Source: Octopus sinensis
Lineage: Eukaryota
NCBI RefSeq assembly: GCF_006345805.1
Contig: NC_043001.1
Span: 131,130,001-131,194,000, forward strand
Reading direction: 5' to 3'
Length of the DNA stretch: 64,000 nt
The notes under the pieces are model-generated. The model saw only the letters and a list, made by a program, of their open reading frames with translations, did no database searches and had not been told where the DNA came from. Of this stretch, positions 1-14,589 are shown in pieces (positions within the stretch are counted from its first letter, which is position 1; each line of letters starts with the position of its first letter). A program made the position numbers and the translations under genes.

Positions 1-38
1 GGGAATGAGCCAAGAAGCATGTGGTTGGGAAGCAAGTA
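1..38 (-). mobile_element. SINE family A head fragment (truncated by window edge)
   Basis: gggaatgagccaagaagcatgtggttgggaagcaag resembles gggactgaacccggaaccatgtggttggtaagcaag in the fuller minus-strand copy at 43441-43869. Confidence 0.45.
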
Positions 39-39
39 T

Positions 40-79
40 TTGTGTATATGTGTGTATATATATAATATATAATATATAT

Positions 80-117
<38 letters not shown>

Positions 118-298
118 CATGTATGTATGTGTGTGTGTATATATATATATATATGTACATGTAGGTATGTGTGTGTATATATATATAAACTTACTTGGAA
201 ATGGATGCTTGGCATTCAATAAAATAATAATGATAAATAATATATATATGTTTATATATATGTATATATATGTGCGAGAGTGTGTGTATGTAAATGTG

Positions 299-349
<51 letters not shown>

Positions 350-470
350 CATAGACACACATATATATATACACACACATTTATATTTGTTTACATATAT
401 GTATGTGCATATATACACACACCCACACAAATGTACATGCATACACACACACACACGCACACTGATTGTC
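40..470. repeat. Compound (TA)n/(TG)n/(CA)n microsatellite block
   Basis: Directly visible dinucleotide arrays; source of the YIYI ORFs. Confidence 0.95.
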
Positions 471-774
471 ATATAAACAAGCAAACCTCGTAACTGGACT
501 GACAAACATCTAAACAGATCGGATATCTAAAACAGGCAAATCACAAGAGAGAGAAAGACAGACATAAAGACATTGAAGATGAGTTGAGAAGAATGTATAA
601 TAGAAAAATAGGAAAACAGAGACAGAGAGAGAGCGGGGCAGATTTACAGTGATAATAATAGGGCTTGAGATAATCAAACCGTGTGATGGAAAGATACACA
701 GATTAACAGACAGTTTCAGGGAAATATATAGAGTAAAAAAGAAATACTGATATTATTTTGCTCTTTTATTCCTT

Positions 775-895
775 TAGCGGTTTCTGTCTTGGCACTGTGG
801 CTATTCTGGTGTTTTGTCACCAGGGCCTTAAGGTGACCGTATCAAACAAACATAGTACCTATGTCAATCTGGGACTTATTTTATCAATCGCTGTT
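775..895 (-). mobile_element. Degraded SINE family A tail remnant
   Basis: tttctgtcttggcactgtggctattctgg...gggacttattttatcaatc aligns by eye to tttcagtcatttgactgcggccatgctgg...acttattctatcggtc. Confidence 0.4.
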
Positions 896-1140
896 TGTCA
901 AATCATTAAATAACACGAAAGTATATTATTCATTCTTTTAATCTGCACATATGTGTTTGTGTGTGTGTGTGTTGAGTGAGCTTGTGTAGTTTATAAAGGC
1001 TAGTTGTGTGTGTGTGAGTGTATTTTTATATTTTGGGGATGTTCAGATTTTTGCTAATTAAAGACATGCACTACATACTTAGTCTTCACCTCAGATTTAT
1101 TATTATTACTATCATCATCGTCATCATTGTTATTATTATC

Positions 1141-1376
1141 TAAAGTAGCGAGCTGGCAGAATCGTTAGCACGCTGGGTAAAATGCATAGCGGCATTTCAT
1201 CCGTCTTTATGTTCTGAGTTCAAATTCCACTGAGGTCGATCTTGTCTTTCATCTTTGCGGGTCAATAAATTAAGTACCAGTGATACACTGGGGTCGATGT
1301 ATTCAACCAGATCCCTCCCCCAAATTCCAGGCCTTGTGCATTTAATAGAAAGAATTATTATTATTATTATTATTAT
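1141..1376 (+). mobile_element. tRNA-derived SINE, family B (MetaSINE-like central domain), (ATT)n tail
   Basis: Pol III A-box-like agctggcagaatcg and B-box-like gagttcaaattcc; central ctttcatctttgcgggtcaataaattaagtaccag; ends ggccttgtgc...gaaag followed by (att)n. Confidence 0.8.
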
Positions 1377-1833
1377 GAAGCTGAAGTGAAGGCCTAGTAT
1401 GTGTTTAATTAGCAAAAATATGACCATCCCCAACTATAACAACATCTGTTTCAACACACCATTTCACATCAGGAATCTTACAAAACAAATACATGGATGT
1501 GTATATGTATGTACATGTAGTGAGAGTGAGAGAGACAACAATATACGGAGAAAGACAGACCGATGGGAAGACATGCTGTGAAAAACCAACAAAAACTCTG
1601 AGAGAGAGAAAGAGAGAGGGATGGAGGGATGGATGGATGGATGGATGGATGGACAAACGTGCACTACTGTAAGTATGTAAAGATGGAAAGACCTCAGCAA
1701 AACCACTGGCAGTACTATTGATGCAACTGCTAGTAACATCTGCTGCCTGCCTTAACCATTACCATCATCGCAGCAAGCTAAAAGGTGGCAACAGCACAGA
1801 ATCTGAAATATGTATGTATACAGGGAGAGGGGA

Positions 1834-1866
<33 letters not shown>

Positions 1867-1932
1867 GAGAGAAGAAAGAGAGAAGGAAACTGAGAGCAAA
1901 AAAAAAAGGAAGAATTTTTAGAGTGTGGCTGT

Positions 1933-2280
1933 GTGAGAAGGAGAGAAAGGAGTGAGAAGGAGAGAAAGGAGTGAGAAGGAGAGAAAGGAGTGAGAAGGAG
2001 AGAAAGGAGTGTGGAGGAGAGAAAGGAGTGAGAAGGAGAGAAAGGAGTGAGAAGGAGAGAAAGGAGTGAGAAGGAGAGAAAGGAGTGAGAAGGAGAGAAA
2101 GGAGTGAGAAGGAGAGAAAGGAGTGAGAAGGAGAGAAAGGAGTGAGAAGGAGAGAAAGGAGTGTGGAGGAGAGAAAGGAGTGAGAAGGAGAGAAAGGAGT
2201 GAGAAGGAGAGAAAGGAGTGTGGAGGAGAGAAAGGAGTGAGAAGGAGAGAAAGGAGTGAGAAGGAGAGAAAGGAGAGAAA
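1933..2280. repeat. 19-bp purine-rich minisatellite (GTGAGAAGGAGAGAAAGGA), ~18 copies
   Basis: Exact 19-bp periodicity; variant unit GTGTGGAGGAGAGAAAGGA at 2009, 2161 and 2218, all in register. Confidence 0.95.
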
Positions 2281-2536
2281 CCAACGAGAAAGAAAAATTG
2301 GTCGTATTTTAAAGGCAGAAGGAGGCAGACACAGCAATAACAAAGTGATGATAGTATGAAGTATCTATAAGTTTATTCTTGTTACTAAATACTTACTGCC
2401 TCTCACTGTCTCTCCCACTTTCTTAAACTGCCTTTCTTCATACATTTTCTACTCACACTCCCTCCCTCCCCCCCCGCTCTTTACCTTCATCTCTCAATCA
2501 GTCTAATTTTTCCTCCTCTTCTGTGTCTCTCTCTCA

Positions 2537-2571
<35 letters not shown>

Positions 2572-2582
2572 CTATGTCCTGT

Positions 2583-2770
2583 CATTTCTCGCTATAACTA
2601 GCCACATGTGCCACTGCCACTGCAAATGCTCGCTGTTGCTGCTGCTGCTTGCTACTTGCTGCTGCTGCTAGTAGAGATAAGGGAGGGGCCAAACAACAAG
2701 GGAAACAGATGGAAAGAGGCTGTTGACTGATGTGAGACAGGTAGCAAAGCCTCTCCCCCCCCCGCCTCTC
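2583..2770. promoter_or_regulatory. Possible regulatory/5'UTR-like island between (CT)n and (GA)n tracts
   Basis: GC-richer unique sequence with CACATG, CAAATG and CAGATG E-boxes and (CTG)n, bracketed by GAGA tracts; no TSS evidence available. Confidence 0.25.
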
Positions 2771-2938
2771 TCTCTCTCTCTCTTCCTCCACTAGTGTAAT
2801 AATACAGCAATATTTTAAGCTCTGTGAAAGACAGAAAGTAGAAAGCAGATGATGAGATATGCAGAGAGACAGTAAAGACAGTAGGAAGAATATAAATGGA
2901 TATATATCCACGCACGACAGAACATAAATTAATAGATG

Positions 2939-2941
<3 letters not shown>

Positions 2942-2979
<38 letters not shown>

Positions 2980-2980
2980 G

Positions 2981-3033
<53 letters not shown>
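2942..3033. repeat. (GA)n microsatellite
   Basis: Near-perfect GA array. Confidence 0.95.
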
Positions 3034-3038
<5 letters not shown>

Positions 3039-3147
3039 AGACAGAGTATAAGCTAGAAGGTATCTGGTGATTGACAGCAAGAGTTTGAAAAACAGAGTCG
3101 AAGAAATAAGAAAGAAAATTAGGGAGATATACACAGATATACAATAT

Positions 3148-3193
<46 letters not shown>

Positions 3194-3226
3194 AAACACA
3201 CACATTGGTGTTGTGTATATTATATG

Positions 3227-3278
<52 letters not shown>

Positions 3279-3709
3279 TTATGCAATATGTACATAAGAT
3301 AGTCCTATAACAAGAAGGAGGTGAGCGGGTAATAGTTAAATCGAAGGAGGAAGATAAGTGGGAGTAAAATAGTTGGGATGGAAGAAGTATGCAAAATTAT
3401 TTCAATAAATAGAGAGTGCAGGAGGGGGGTGGGGCGAGAGAAACAAGATGTGTGTTTGTTAGTAATGTTGGTATCTAACCTATATTGATGAACATTTATT
3501 AACAACAACAACAACAACAACAAGAACAACAGAGAAATATGCTGTCTGTGATGACAGTGTTGCTGATTCAGACTACTATATCGATGGCAAAGGTGATGAT
3601 AGTGATGTCAGTACTAGGAGAGATAGTGAGGCATTGGCAATGATAATGCTGCTGGTGATGGTGGTAGCGGTAGTAGTAGAAATAGTAGCAGTAATAACGG
3701 AAGGTGAAG

Positions 3710-3751
<42 letters not shown>

Positions 3752-4118
3752 GGAGGGTGGCAATGGCAGTAGAGACGAGTGATCATGATGTAATGAAATT
3801 GGAGGAGGAGTTTTCTTGGGCTCCTTCTAACTTGAGTGGGAGTTGTAAGGCAAGAATGATAAGGAAAAAATGTTTCTTATACAAAGCTACAATAATCTAA
3901 GAAATACATACGGTGGTTTGTGCATGCGTGCATGTGTGTGTGTTGTTATACCGAGGAAATGAAGGATGGAGCAGAAAGGAAGAGGGAGAGAAAGGAGAAA
4001 GAAAGTGAGTGGAAATGGTGATAAATGATGGGGTAAAGAAGAAGCCTGAAGAAGGGGGTAATGAATGGTGGACAGAATAGGGGAGAGGAGAGATAAGATC
4101 TAAGTAGCAAGAGGTGGT

Positions 4119-4188
<70 letters not shown>

Positions 4189-5482
4189 CCATCATCATCA
4201 TCGTTAACATCCGCCTTCCATGCTGGCATGAGCGGGACATATATACGTATGAATGTGTGTTTGTGTTTACACAGATATATATACATGTGTGTGTGTGTAT
4301 ATATTCCTGGAACTACTAATAGCATCACTGAATATATACGCCAATGCATAGATACAAAGAAATACATGTATGTATATATGTATGCATGTATGTATGTACG
4401 TATGCGGAACAACGGTAGGAAGGCCCAAGACAACACACAGTTTGAAGTTTAGAGATTACAAGGAAAACCGTGAGAGGGAGGGGTGACAAGAAAATGACGG
4501 GGGGGGGAGGAAGAAAGAAAGAAAAGAAGAAAGAATGTAGACAAAGAGAGGTGACACCTGAGCTATTATAAGGAGTGAGTGGGAGGTTACAGGACTGTCT
4601 CTCTCTCTCCAATAGTCTAGGAAAAGAAACATTTCTCGTTTCAATGTATGCCTGAATGTGTGTGCGTATTGTGAATGTATGAATGTGTGTATGTGGTTGC
4701 TCCAGTGTCCATAAACCTGAATATATGCATATATGTTTACACACACACTCATATTTATTAATTTGATATATATATATATATATCCATATATATATGTACA
4801 CATGCATATAACCACATATATATATATGCACACATGCATGCATATGTGTGTGTGTATATATATGTGGACGTGTGTATAGCTATACATATACACTCATATA
4901 CTACACTCATTGATGTTATTTACATAAAGTATGAATAACCCAATGATGGATTAAATTTAGGCTCAAATATGTATCTGAGTGTATATGAGAGTGATATTAA
5001 GTTGTTGCAGTTGTTCTGGTTATCCTAAGTTTTGCATCAACACTGATTGCTCAGACCTAATGATGAAACGGCATTTCATACATGACCATCCAGGCCAAAT
5101 TATTGAATGCATCTGTCTTTAAGACAGTGAGATATCTATCACTTGAGCGTAAATCGGCTGCTATTTCTAGCATTTTGAATGACTGTCTAGAGGCTCATTC
5201 GCCAGCTCATTGTGGCTGTCCGTTTGATGATTGTACGCATATCTGTACAAGGACAGACAATGAGTGAAGAACAAGTTTGTGCTTCTGAGAGTGTGTGTGT
5301 GTGTGTGTGTAGAAGTGGTAGTGGGGGTGTTTAAATACATGTGTATGAAAATTGGCTTGAATACTTTGATTCCTGTGGTTGTAGATATAATTTAACTTTA
5401 TTTAGTGTAACATTAAGACAAATTAGTTGTGAGTGGCTACAGTTAGAAGGAAGAAGTATGAAAATTACAAACAAGTGTTGGA

Positions 5483-5517
<35 letters not shown>

Positions 5518-5779
5518 TGCATGTATTTATAAACACACACAAAGCCTCAGATCATGCATTAAAGGAAAAACAGTAAATTCTTGTATATTAAAATTAAATT
5601 TGTATACAAAGAAATGTCAATAGATAATGGAATATTATATATGTGGGTGTGTGTATGAAATACAAAAAGAATTATATGAACCAATGTATTCATAAATAAA
5701 TATACCTTTAAAGTTACACGGGTACGTGCATTACGTATATGAAAGCGTACACACATGAGTGGGTGTGCATATATGTGTG

Positions 5780-5860
<81 letters not shown>

Positions 5861-6654
5861 TGATGAGCTATAGGTGAAACAATATAGTTTGCCATTCTAA
5901 TGGTTATGGATTTTATATATATACATATATATTATATATATATATATATATTATATACTATATATATATACACACACATATGCAACCTTATATGCCTTGG
6001 TTCTAAATATAAATTTATGTAAGTAGAGAGAGGAAATATTTGAACACATGTTGATGTATGTATAAGTGTGTGTGTGTGTGTGTATATATATATGAATGTG
6101 TTCTTCTATGTAAGTAAAAAACAATATTAGCAGCAGTATTCATGGGGATTTATTTTGATTTTTTTCTTATATTCTAATTAATTACTATACTCTGCTATAT
6201 CATTTCAATTTTTTTTCAAAATTTCTTCTCATAAAAACATACCTTGAACCTTTTCTCTTCTTTTCCACTATATTTTTATGACAAAACTATTTTAAACTGT
6301 TAAAGTACAAACAAAAAAAAGAACACAAAACAACGAAAAAAGCAAAACAAAAAAAAAAAACTTTACTGTTATATAAAACCGAGTCATTACATCATTACAT
6401 TTCCAACCTTGAAAACATGTATTTACATTTAACGTTCATAGTATCATAATAAAACAGAAAGTATATAAAACTATTATATAAAATGGTGGTGCCCCAGCAT
6501 GGCCACAGCTCGTGAGCTGAAACTAGAATCAATCAATCAAAAGAAACTAAAAATACTACAATAACTTAAAACATTTACATTATGAATAAAATATATTGCA
6601 AGATACTAAGTTTCAACACTTTACTGTTAATTATTGAGGACTAATATGTGCTGG

Positions 6655-6810
6655 TATAGCTATGGGCTGGCATAGCTATATGATTTAGAATTTCAATTCC
6701 TTGATTTTAGAATGGGTCCCACAGAGAGGCATCTTGGGTTAGTGTTTTCTACAATAGTCCTGGGTCAATCAATACTTTGACAGTGGATCTGATAGATGGA
6801 AGCTGAAGGA
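6655..6810 (+). mobile_element. Degraded SINE family A head
   Basis: ggcatcttgggttagtgttttctacaatagtcctgggtcaatcaatactttgacagtggatctgatagatggaagctgaaggaag, a diverged version of the family A 5' half. Confidence 0.5.
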
Positions 6811-8366
6811 AGACTGTTTAATGTATGTATGTATGTATGTATGTATGTATGTATGTATTTATGTATGTATGTATGTGGAAAAATAGACATGCATTGATAC
6901 ACACATATCAACAAAGATGCATTTATATATTTATGTTGTTTATGATGTGTGTATGTAGGCAAATGCAAGTCAGTGTTGATACTTGTTGACTTAAAAAAAA
7001 AATGGAAATGTTTGTGATAGGAAGAGCACCCAGCCAAAAAATCTTCCTCAACCTGTCCAACTCATGTTTGCATCAATCAAGGAACAATGCAGTTAACACA
7101 ATAAAAAGATATATACATATATATACGTGATAAATATTTGCCACAATGGTGACGGATGAGTGGTGGGTTCTTTCAAAAGATCATTTAATATTGATAAGTC
7201 AAGTAAATGTTAATTGTCTAAGACGTGTGTGTGTGTGAGTGCATGTGTGTGTAGTAGACAGTTAACATTTGCTTGACTTATTAATATTAAATGATCCTAC
7301 GAAAACCCCCACCACTTACATTTTAATTATAATTTTTCCTTGTAATAACCCACACCTCATCTTTTACCCATGTGACAAATAAAAGAAAATATCATCATCA
7401 TCATCATCATCATCCAAGAAATCATATCATAAGTAGTATACAGTGAAACTTTCTATTTGCTATTTCCTTTATATTTTTATTTATTTATTTACTATTAAAT
7501 TTATAATTGTAGTATTTAGAATTAACGGAAAAATTTAAAGAATGCAATTTATACTTCCCAACCAATCCATAAATGTGTGCTGCACAAACCAGATTTTAAA
7601 GGCACTTTCATATAAAAGAGGAATCCATTTAAATTAAAATTTAAATGAAATATTAATCAAATATCCTGGGACTGTTTCTATGTCTTGAAAAGTATTTCTT
7701 GCAATTTATTAACTCAGTTTTCATTGTTATTTCTCATTTTTTTCCTTTTAATACAATTTGTATTTTTCTTCTTTATTTTACTTTTCTCACTCTTTCTTTC
7801 TCTATCCCTCTTCCTCTTTTTGCTTAGATTCGTAACAATACCTAAGCATTATGAATAAATGTTTTACATTTGAATTCTTCTTTAAATTTAACTAAAAGAA
7901 ACATGTTCATACACAATGAATAAAACAAAAAGACGAATAGAAACAAATGTTTCAATAGGTTTTCTTTAATAATTCCATCAAAAGCACTGTTCATAAATTA
8001 TCTTAATTTCAAATGCAATTGATTTTGATTTTAAAAATAAAAATAAAAGAAATATTAGATGTTTTCTTCATAGATACAGATAGTATATTTGTATGCACCA
8101 TGGACACATTTGATGTATATAATCAATATCATATATAGATGAAATGGTCACTGTCTAACTGTTTCATTAAAACAGAAATACAAGCATTTTAGTAATTAAT
8201 TAATGAAAACAATGAAGATATGATGATATGAGGGAAGAAATGGTTGTTTGATTTTCATGCATTTCCATCAAAAACTTTACACAAAACAATCAAAACTTTA
8301 TGCAAATTGTATGATACCTATATATGCATGTGTGTGTATATTTATATATATATCTATATCAAATAT

Positions 8367-8401
<35 letters not shown>

Positions 8402-8786
8402 TAAGAGCAACTACAGAAAAAGGCTGCAAGGGTCACAAAAGTCCCAGTTGGTCCAGAACCAGCTATAATGTGCCCCCACAAGTAACCATGGATATGGATT
8501 TTCTACCAATGTCGGTCTCAAGAAGCCACCTTTGAACCACCAAAAAATGACATTAAGTGGACAATTTCAGGCAGGTGAAGAATAACACTCATATATATAT
8601 ATATATATATATATATCGTTATGTATACGTATGTGTGTTCATTTAGACATGCACACACATATATGTATATTTATGAATATCTATGAGTATATGTAATTTG
8701 TGTACACACATCAATAAGTGTATAATGGCATATATAAAAGTAGTCAAAACATAAATAAATATGCATATATACACACTCATCTATGA

Positions 8787-8825
<39 letters not shown>

Positions 8826-9486
8826 GTGTGTGTGTAAATATACAAATACTCCAGAATATATATGAAAATACATATTTGAATGTTTAAACAAACTTGCATA
8901 TTTCCACTAATACCAAATTATTCATATACATAAATGTGTATACATACATGAATCTCAAATATGGGTATATGGATGAGTGCATACAAGTATAAATGAGTAA
9001 AACTTCATAAACATGGGTGTATAAAAACACAACAACAAGGAAAAGTGGAAATTAGGGGACATATGCAAATATCTACAAACATTCAAATATATATTTTCAT
9101 ATATATTTTAGAGTGTATACATATCATATGTGTGTGTGCTATGTATTTATATATGCAAACATATCTATATGTGTGTGTATATATATATATATATATATAA
9201 TGCACAAAATATACTTTTACTAACTCAGAGTTGCTCCCAAAAAGTTGCCTTTATCAGATCAGGATTCACTCATTGAATACATATTATATCAATATACGTA
9301 TATATATATGTGTGTGTAGATATATATTATGTACATAAATATAAAGATAAATGTATATATATATATATATATATATACATACATATACATAGATAGATAG
9401 ATAATGTATATAAATATTTATGTGTCTGTGTGTGTATATATAAATATATATTTACATATATAGACAAATGTACATGTGTTTGTGTG

Positions 9487-9534
<48 letters not shown>

Positions 9535-9929
9535 GCACATACCTAACACACACACACACACACACATATATGTATGTATGTATATATATATCTATCAATA
9601 TATATATATATATAAGAGTATAAAATACATACTAAGTATAAAAACTATAAGTGAACATAAGAGGCACTGGCTTCCTAGCCCAGAGTAAACACCTACTTTC
9701 ACACACTAAATCACCAGACTTGCCAGCACAAGCCTTGGTCAAATATTTAAGAAATGCACACACATAAGCTATCACAGACAGGAAAAACTGTAATATATAT
9801 ATATATATATATATATATGCATGTATCTGAAGTACTAAAAACAGAAGAAGTATATATGCATTCTTACAAGTGTATATGAAACATTAAATTTATACTGACA
9901 TAAGTAGTTATGTGTGCTGGCATATATAT

Positions 9930-10049
9930 CAACATTTATATATAATATATCTAAACATACATTTCAAAATATGGGCAAATACAAATAATTCTATATATGT
10001 CTATCTGCATATATATATATAAAATATACATGTATAACATATATATGTG

Positions 10050-10112
<63 letters not shown>

Positions 10113-10821
10113 TTGTACATATATATATTTGTATATTATATATATAAATATATATATTTGTATATATCTATATTTGTACATATATATAAATATAATATTA
10201 TATATAAATACATATATATATATACATATATACATATATTTGTATATATATGTAAGATATAAATACATATACATATATATGTAGATATATACATATATAT
10301 ATATAGATATATGTAAATATATATACATGCATATACATATATATAGATATATATATACTTTTAAATATATCTATTTTATATATAGGTACACATATATGTA
10401 GGTATATATACATATATATACATACATATATACATATACGCATACATATATAAACACATATATACATACGTATTTATGTATATATATATATACATAAGTA
10501 CACATATACATACAAATGTTTATATACATATATTATTAATTATATATATATAGATATAATATATATAGATATGTAAATATATGTATGTACATAAATACAT
10601 ATATATACAAGTATATATATATAATACTATTATATAACCATATTTATATATATATATAAATACATTTAGACATACAGGTATATACATATACAACCAACAC
10701 ATATAAAGATTTCTATACCAATAAACGTGTATATATACAAAAATATTTATTCGTTTATGCGTATGGTTTCTATATTTATTATATAAACATGCACTTAAAG
10801 ATACCTATCATAAGATATGCA

Positions 10822-10853
<32 letters not shown>

Positions 10854-11410
10854 ATATATATATATATATATAAACACATATATATATGAATACATACATA
10901 CAGAATATATATATGTACACACACTCATGATTATGTAATATATATATATCAAGTGATTTAGTAAACATACAGGAAGTGATAGACATCACAAGTACTACAT
11001 ATACCACAGATGCATGTATATACATACACCCACTTATGTGTATGTATATATATACATACAGATTCATATGTGTATATATACATATACACATTCATATGTG
11101 TATATATATATACACATTCACATGTGTATATATATATATATATATATATATGCATAGCAGTATGCATATACATACATACTCATAGGAGTGTGTACATATA
11201 TATATACACACACACACACACATATATATATATACTATATGCATCATAGATCTATATATTATATACATCATATGCATATTATATATATCATATATATATC
11301 ATATATATATATGATATATATATATATATCATGTATATATTATATATATATTATATATATCATATATATATTATATATATCATATATATTATATACATTA
11401 TATATATATT
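9930..11410. repeat. Large degenerate (TA)/(TACA) microsatellite field
   Basis: Almost entirely alternating purine-pyrimidine AT-rich sequence. Confidence 0.95.
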
Positions 11411-11413
11411 ACA

Positions 11414-11640
11414 CTTTTACTTGTTTCAGTCTATGTTGGAGCACCGCATTTAGTTCAGCAACTTGACCCTAGGACTTATTCTTTTGAACCTGGTGCTTAT
11501 TCTATCGTGTCCTTTGTCAAACCGCTAAGTTACTGTGACATAAATACACCAATATGTGCCCAAAATGCCACGCAGAGGGACTGAACCCCGAACCATGTGG
11601 TTGGTAACCAAGCAATTTACCACACAGTCACTCTTGAGCC
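11414..11640 (-). mobile_element. SINE family A, internally deleted copy
   Basis: Tail cttttacttgtttcagtc and head ccacacagtcactcttgagcc are present; the central microsatellite and adjacent segment are missing. Confidence 0.85.
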
Positions 11641-11645
11641 ATATG

Positions 11646-11698
<53 letters not shown>

Positions 11699-12497
11699 TA
11701 TATATATAATATATTATATCTATATATATATATATACATTATATATAGATATATGCATTATATATATATATTATACACATATATATATATTATATATATA
11801 TTATACACATATATATTATACACATATATTATATATATATATATATATATAGAGATAGATATTATATATCATATATATTAATTATATCGTACATATTATA
11901 TGTATGATATATAATATATGTATCATGTACTATATACATTATTTATATCATATATTATATAAATATTAAATATATTTCATATTATATATATTACACACAC
12001 ACATATATGATGACATATATATATATGATACTATACTGAAATGTTTACCTCAGTAACTTCATGTATATGCGAGGATAATCCTCTACATAAAAAGTCGAGA
12101 AGACTTTAGTTATTGCTTATCAAAGTTATGTAAACATTTCTTTTTCTTACAAAGAAGAAAATGCAATTAGTATATACTTTAGAGCTGTTTAGAATTGACT
12201 CAGAGCATGCTGCTCACTTTCGGTAGGACATGGTGACATTTCCAGCACTGTATTAGTGGAATTCACTAGTAAAGCGGTTAAAATAACTAGTGATACGTGA
12301 TGGGCCCATCCGATGGACACACGACAGGAATGTTTAGAAAAAACATCCGAAGGACCATTTCCTTGAAATGGAGGCACTGTCAGCTAAGTTAACATTGATG
12401 AGGACAACCTGTATCTCCAGTATAGAATGCAGACACAGGATGTTAATGATCAAATATGCATCTATATACACAGAGATACCCACTCAAACATATGCAT

Positions 12498-12597
12498 NNN
12501 NNNNNNNNNNNNNNNNNNNNNNNNNNNNNNNNNNNNNNNNNNNNNNNNNNNNNNNNNNNNNNNNNNNNNNNNNNNNNNNNNNNNNNNNNNNNNNNNN
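12498..12597. other. Assembly gap (100 N)
   Basis: Run of exactly 100 N, a typical placeholder of unknown size. Confidence 0.99.
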
Positions 12598-12934
12598 ATA
12601 TATATACATAAGTACACATATACATACAAATGTATATACATATATATATTAATTATATTATATAGATATATATATATAGATATGTAAATATATGTATGTA
12701 CATAAATACATATATATACAAGTATATATATATAAATACTATTATATAAACATATTTATATATATATATATAAATACATTTAGACATACAGGTATATACA
12801 TATACAAACACACATATAAAGATTTCTATACCAATAAACGTGTATATATACAAAAATATTTATTCGTTTATGCGTATGGTTTCTATATTTATTATATAAA
12901 CATGCACTTAAAGATACCTATCATAAGATATGCA

Positions 12935-12966
<32 letters not shown>

Positions 12967-13507
12967 ATATATATATATATATATAAACACATATATATAT
13001 GAATACATACATACAGAATATATATATGTACACACACTCATGATTATGTAATATATATATATCAAGTGATTTAGTAAACATACAGGAAGTGATAGACATC
13101 ACAAGTACTACATATACCACAGATGCATGTATATACATACACCCACTTATGTGTATGTATATATATACATACAGATTCATATGTGTATATATACATATAC
13201 ACATTCATATGTGTATATATATACACATTCACATGTGTATATATATATATATATATATGCATAGCAGTATGCATATACATACATACTCATAGGAGTGTGT
13301 ACATATATATATACACCCACACACACATATATATATATACTATATGCATCATAGATCTATATATTATATACATCATATGCATATTATATATCATATATAT
13401 CATATATATATAATATATATATAATATCATGTATATATTATATAATATTATATATACATATATATATATATATATCATATATATTATATACATTATATAT
13501 TATTACA

Positions 13508-13734
13508 CTTTTAACTTGTTTCAGTCTATGTTGGAGCACCGCATTTAGTTCAGCAACTTGACCCTAGGACTATTCTTTTGAACCTGGTGCTTATTCTATC
13601 GTGTCCTTTGTCAAACCGCTAAGTTACTGTGACATAAATACACCAATATGTGCCCAAAATGCCACGCAGAGGGACTGAACCCCGAACCATGTGGTTGGTA
13701 ACCAAGCAATTTACCACACAGTCACTCTTGAGCC
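13508..13734 (-). mobile_element. SINE family A, internally deleted (duplicate of 11414-11640)
   Basis: Same sequence inside the second copy of the 2 kb duplication. Confidence 0.85.
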
Positions 13735-13739
13735 ATATG

Positions 13740-13792
<53 letters not shown>

Positions 13793-14589
13793 TATATATA
13801 TAATATATTATATCTATATATATATATATACATTATATATAGATATATGCATTATATATATATATTATACACATATATATATATTATATATATATTATAC
13901 ACATATATATTATACACATATATTATATATATATATATATATATAGAGATAGATATTATATATCATATATATAATTATATCGTACATATATGTATGATAT
14001 ATATAATATATGTATCATGTACTATATACTTTATATCATATATATTATAAAATATTAAATATATTTCATATTATATATATTACACACACACATATATGAT
14101 GACATATATATATATGATACTATACTGAAATGTTTACCTCAGTAACTTCATGTATATGCGAGGATAATCCTCTACATAAAAAGTCGAGAAGACTTTAGTT
14201 ATTGCTTATCAAAGTTATGTAAACATTTCTTTTTCTTACAAAGAAGAAAATGCAATTAGTATATACTTTAGAGCTGTTTAGAATTGACTCAGAGCATGCT
14301 GCTCACTTTCGGTAGGACATGGTGACATTTCCAGCACTGTATTAGTGGAATTCACTAGTAAAGCGGTTAAAATAACTAGTGATACGTGATGGGCCCATCC
14401 GATGGACACACGACAGGAATGTTTAGAAAAAACATCCGAAGGACCATTTCCTTGAAATGGGGGCACTGTCAGCTAAGTTAACATTGATGAGGACAACCTG
14501 TATCTCCAGTATAGAATGCAGACACAGGGATGTTAATGATCAAATATGCATCTATATACACAGAGATACCCACTCAAACATATGCATAA

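Larger units (their letters stand above)
10484..14587. repeat. ~2 kb near-identical direct duplication (10484-12497 vs 12598-14587) around a scaffold gap; probable assembly overlap artefact
   Basis: The post-gap sequence restarts at atatatatacataagtacac (10484), and copy 1 ends at cactcaaacatatgcat exactly where the Ns begin; differences are mostly microsatellite indels. Confidence 0.9.

Noticed and set aside
1933-2280. Regular repeat array as a possible CRISPR
   Set aside because: Contiguous 19-bp units with no unique spacers, eukaryotic context and no cas genes.
3634-3900. ORF MAMIMLLVMVVAVVVEIV.. resembling a signal peptide or TM segment
   Set aside because: Derived from degenerate trinucleotide repeats and runs through a (TG)n microsatellite; no supported splice structure.
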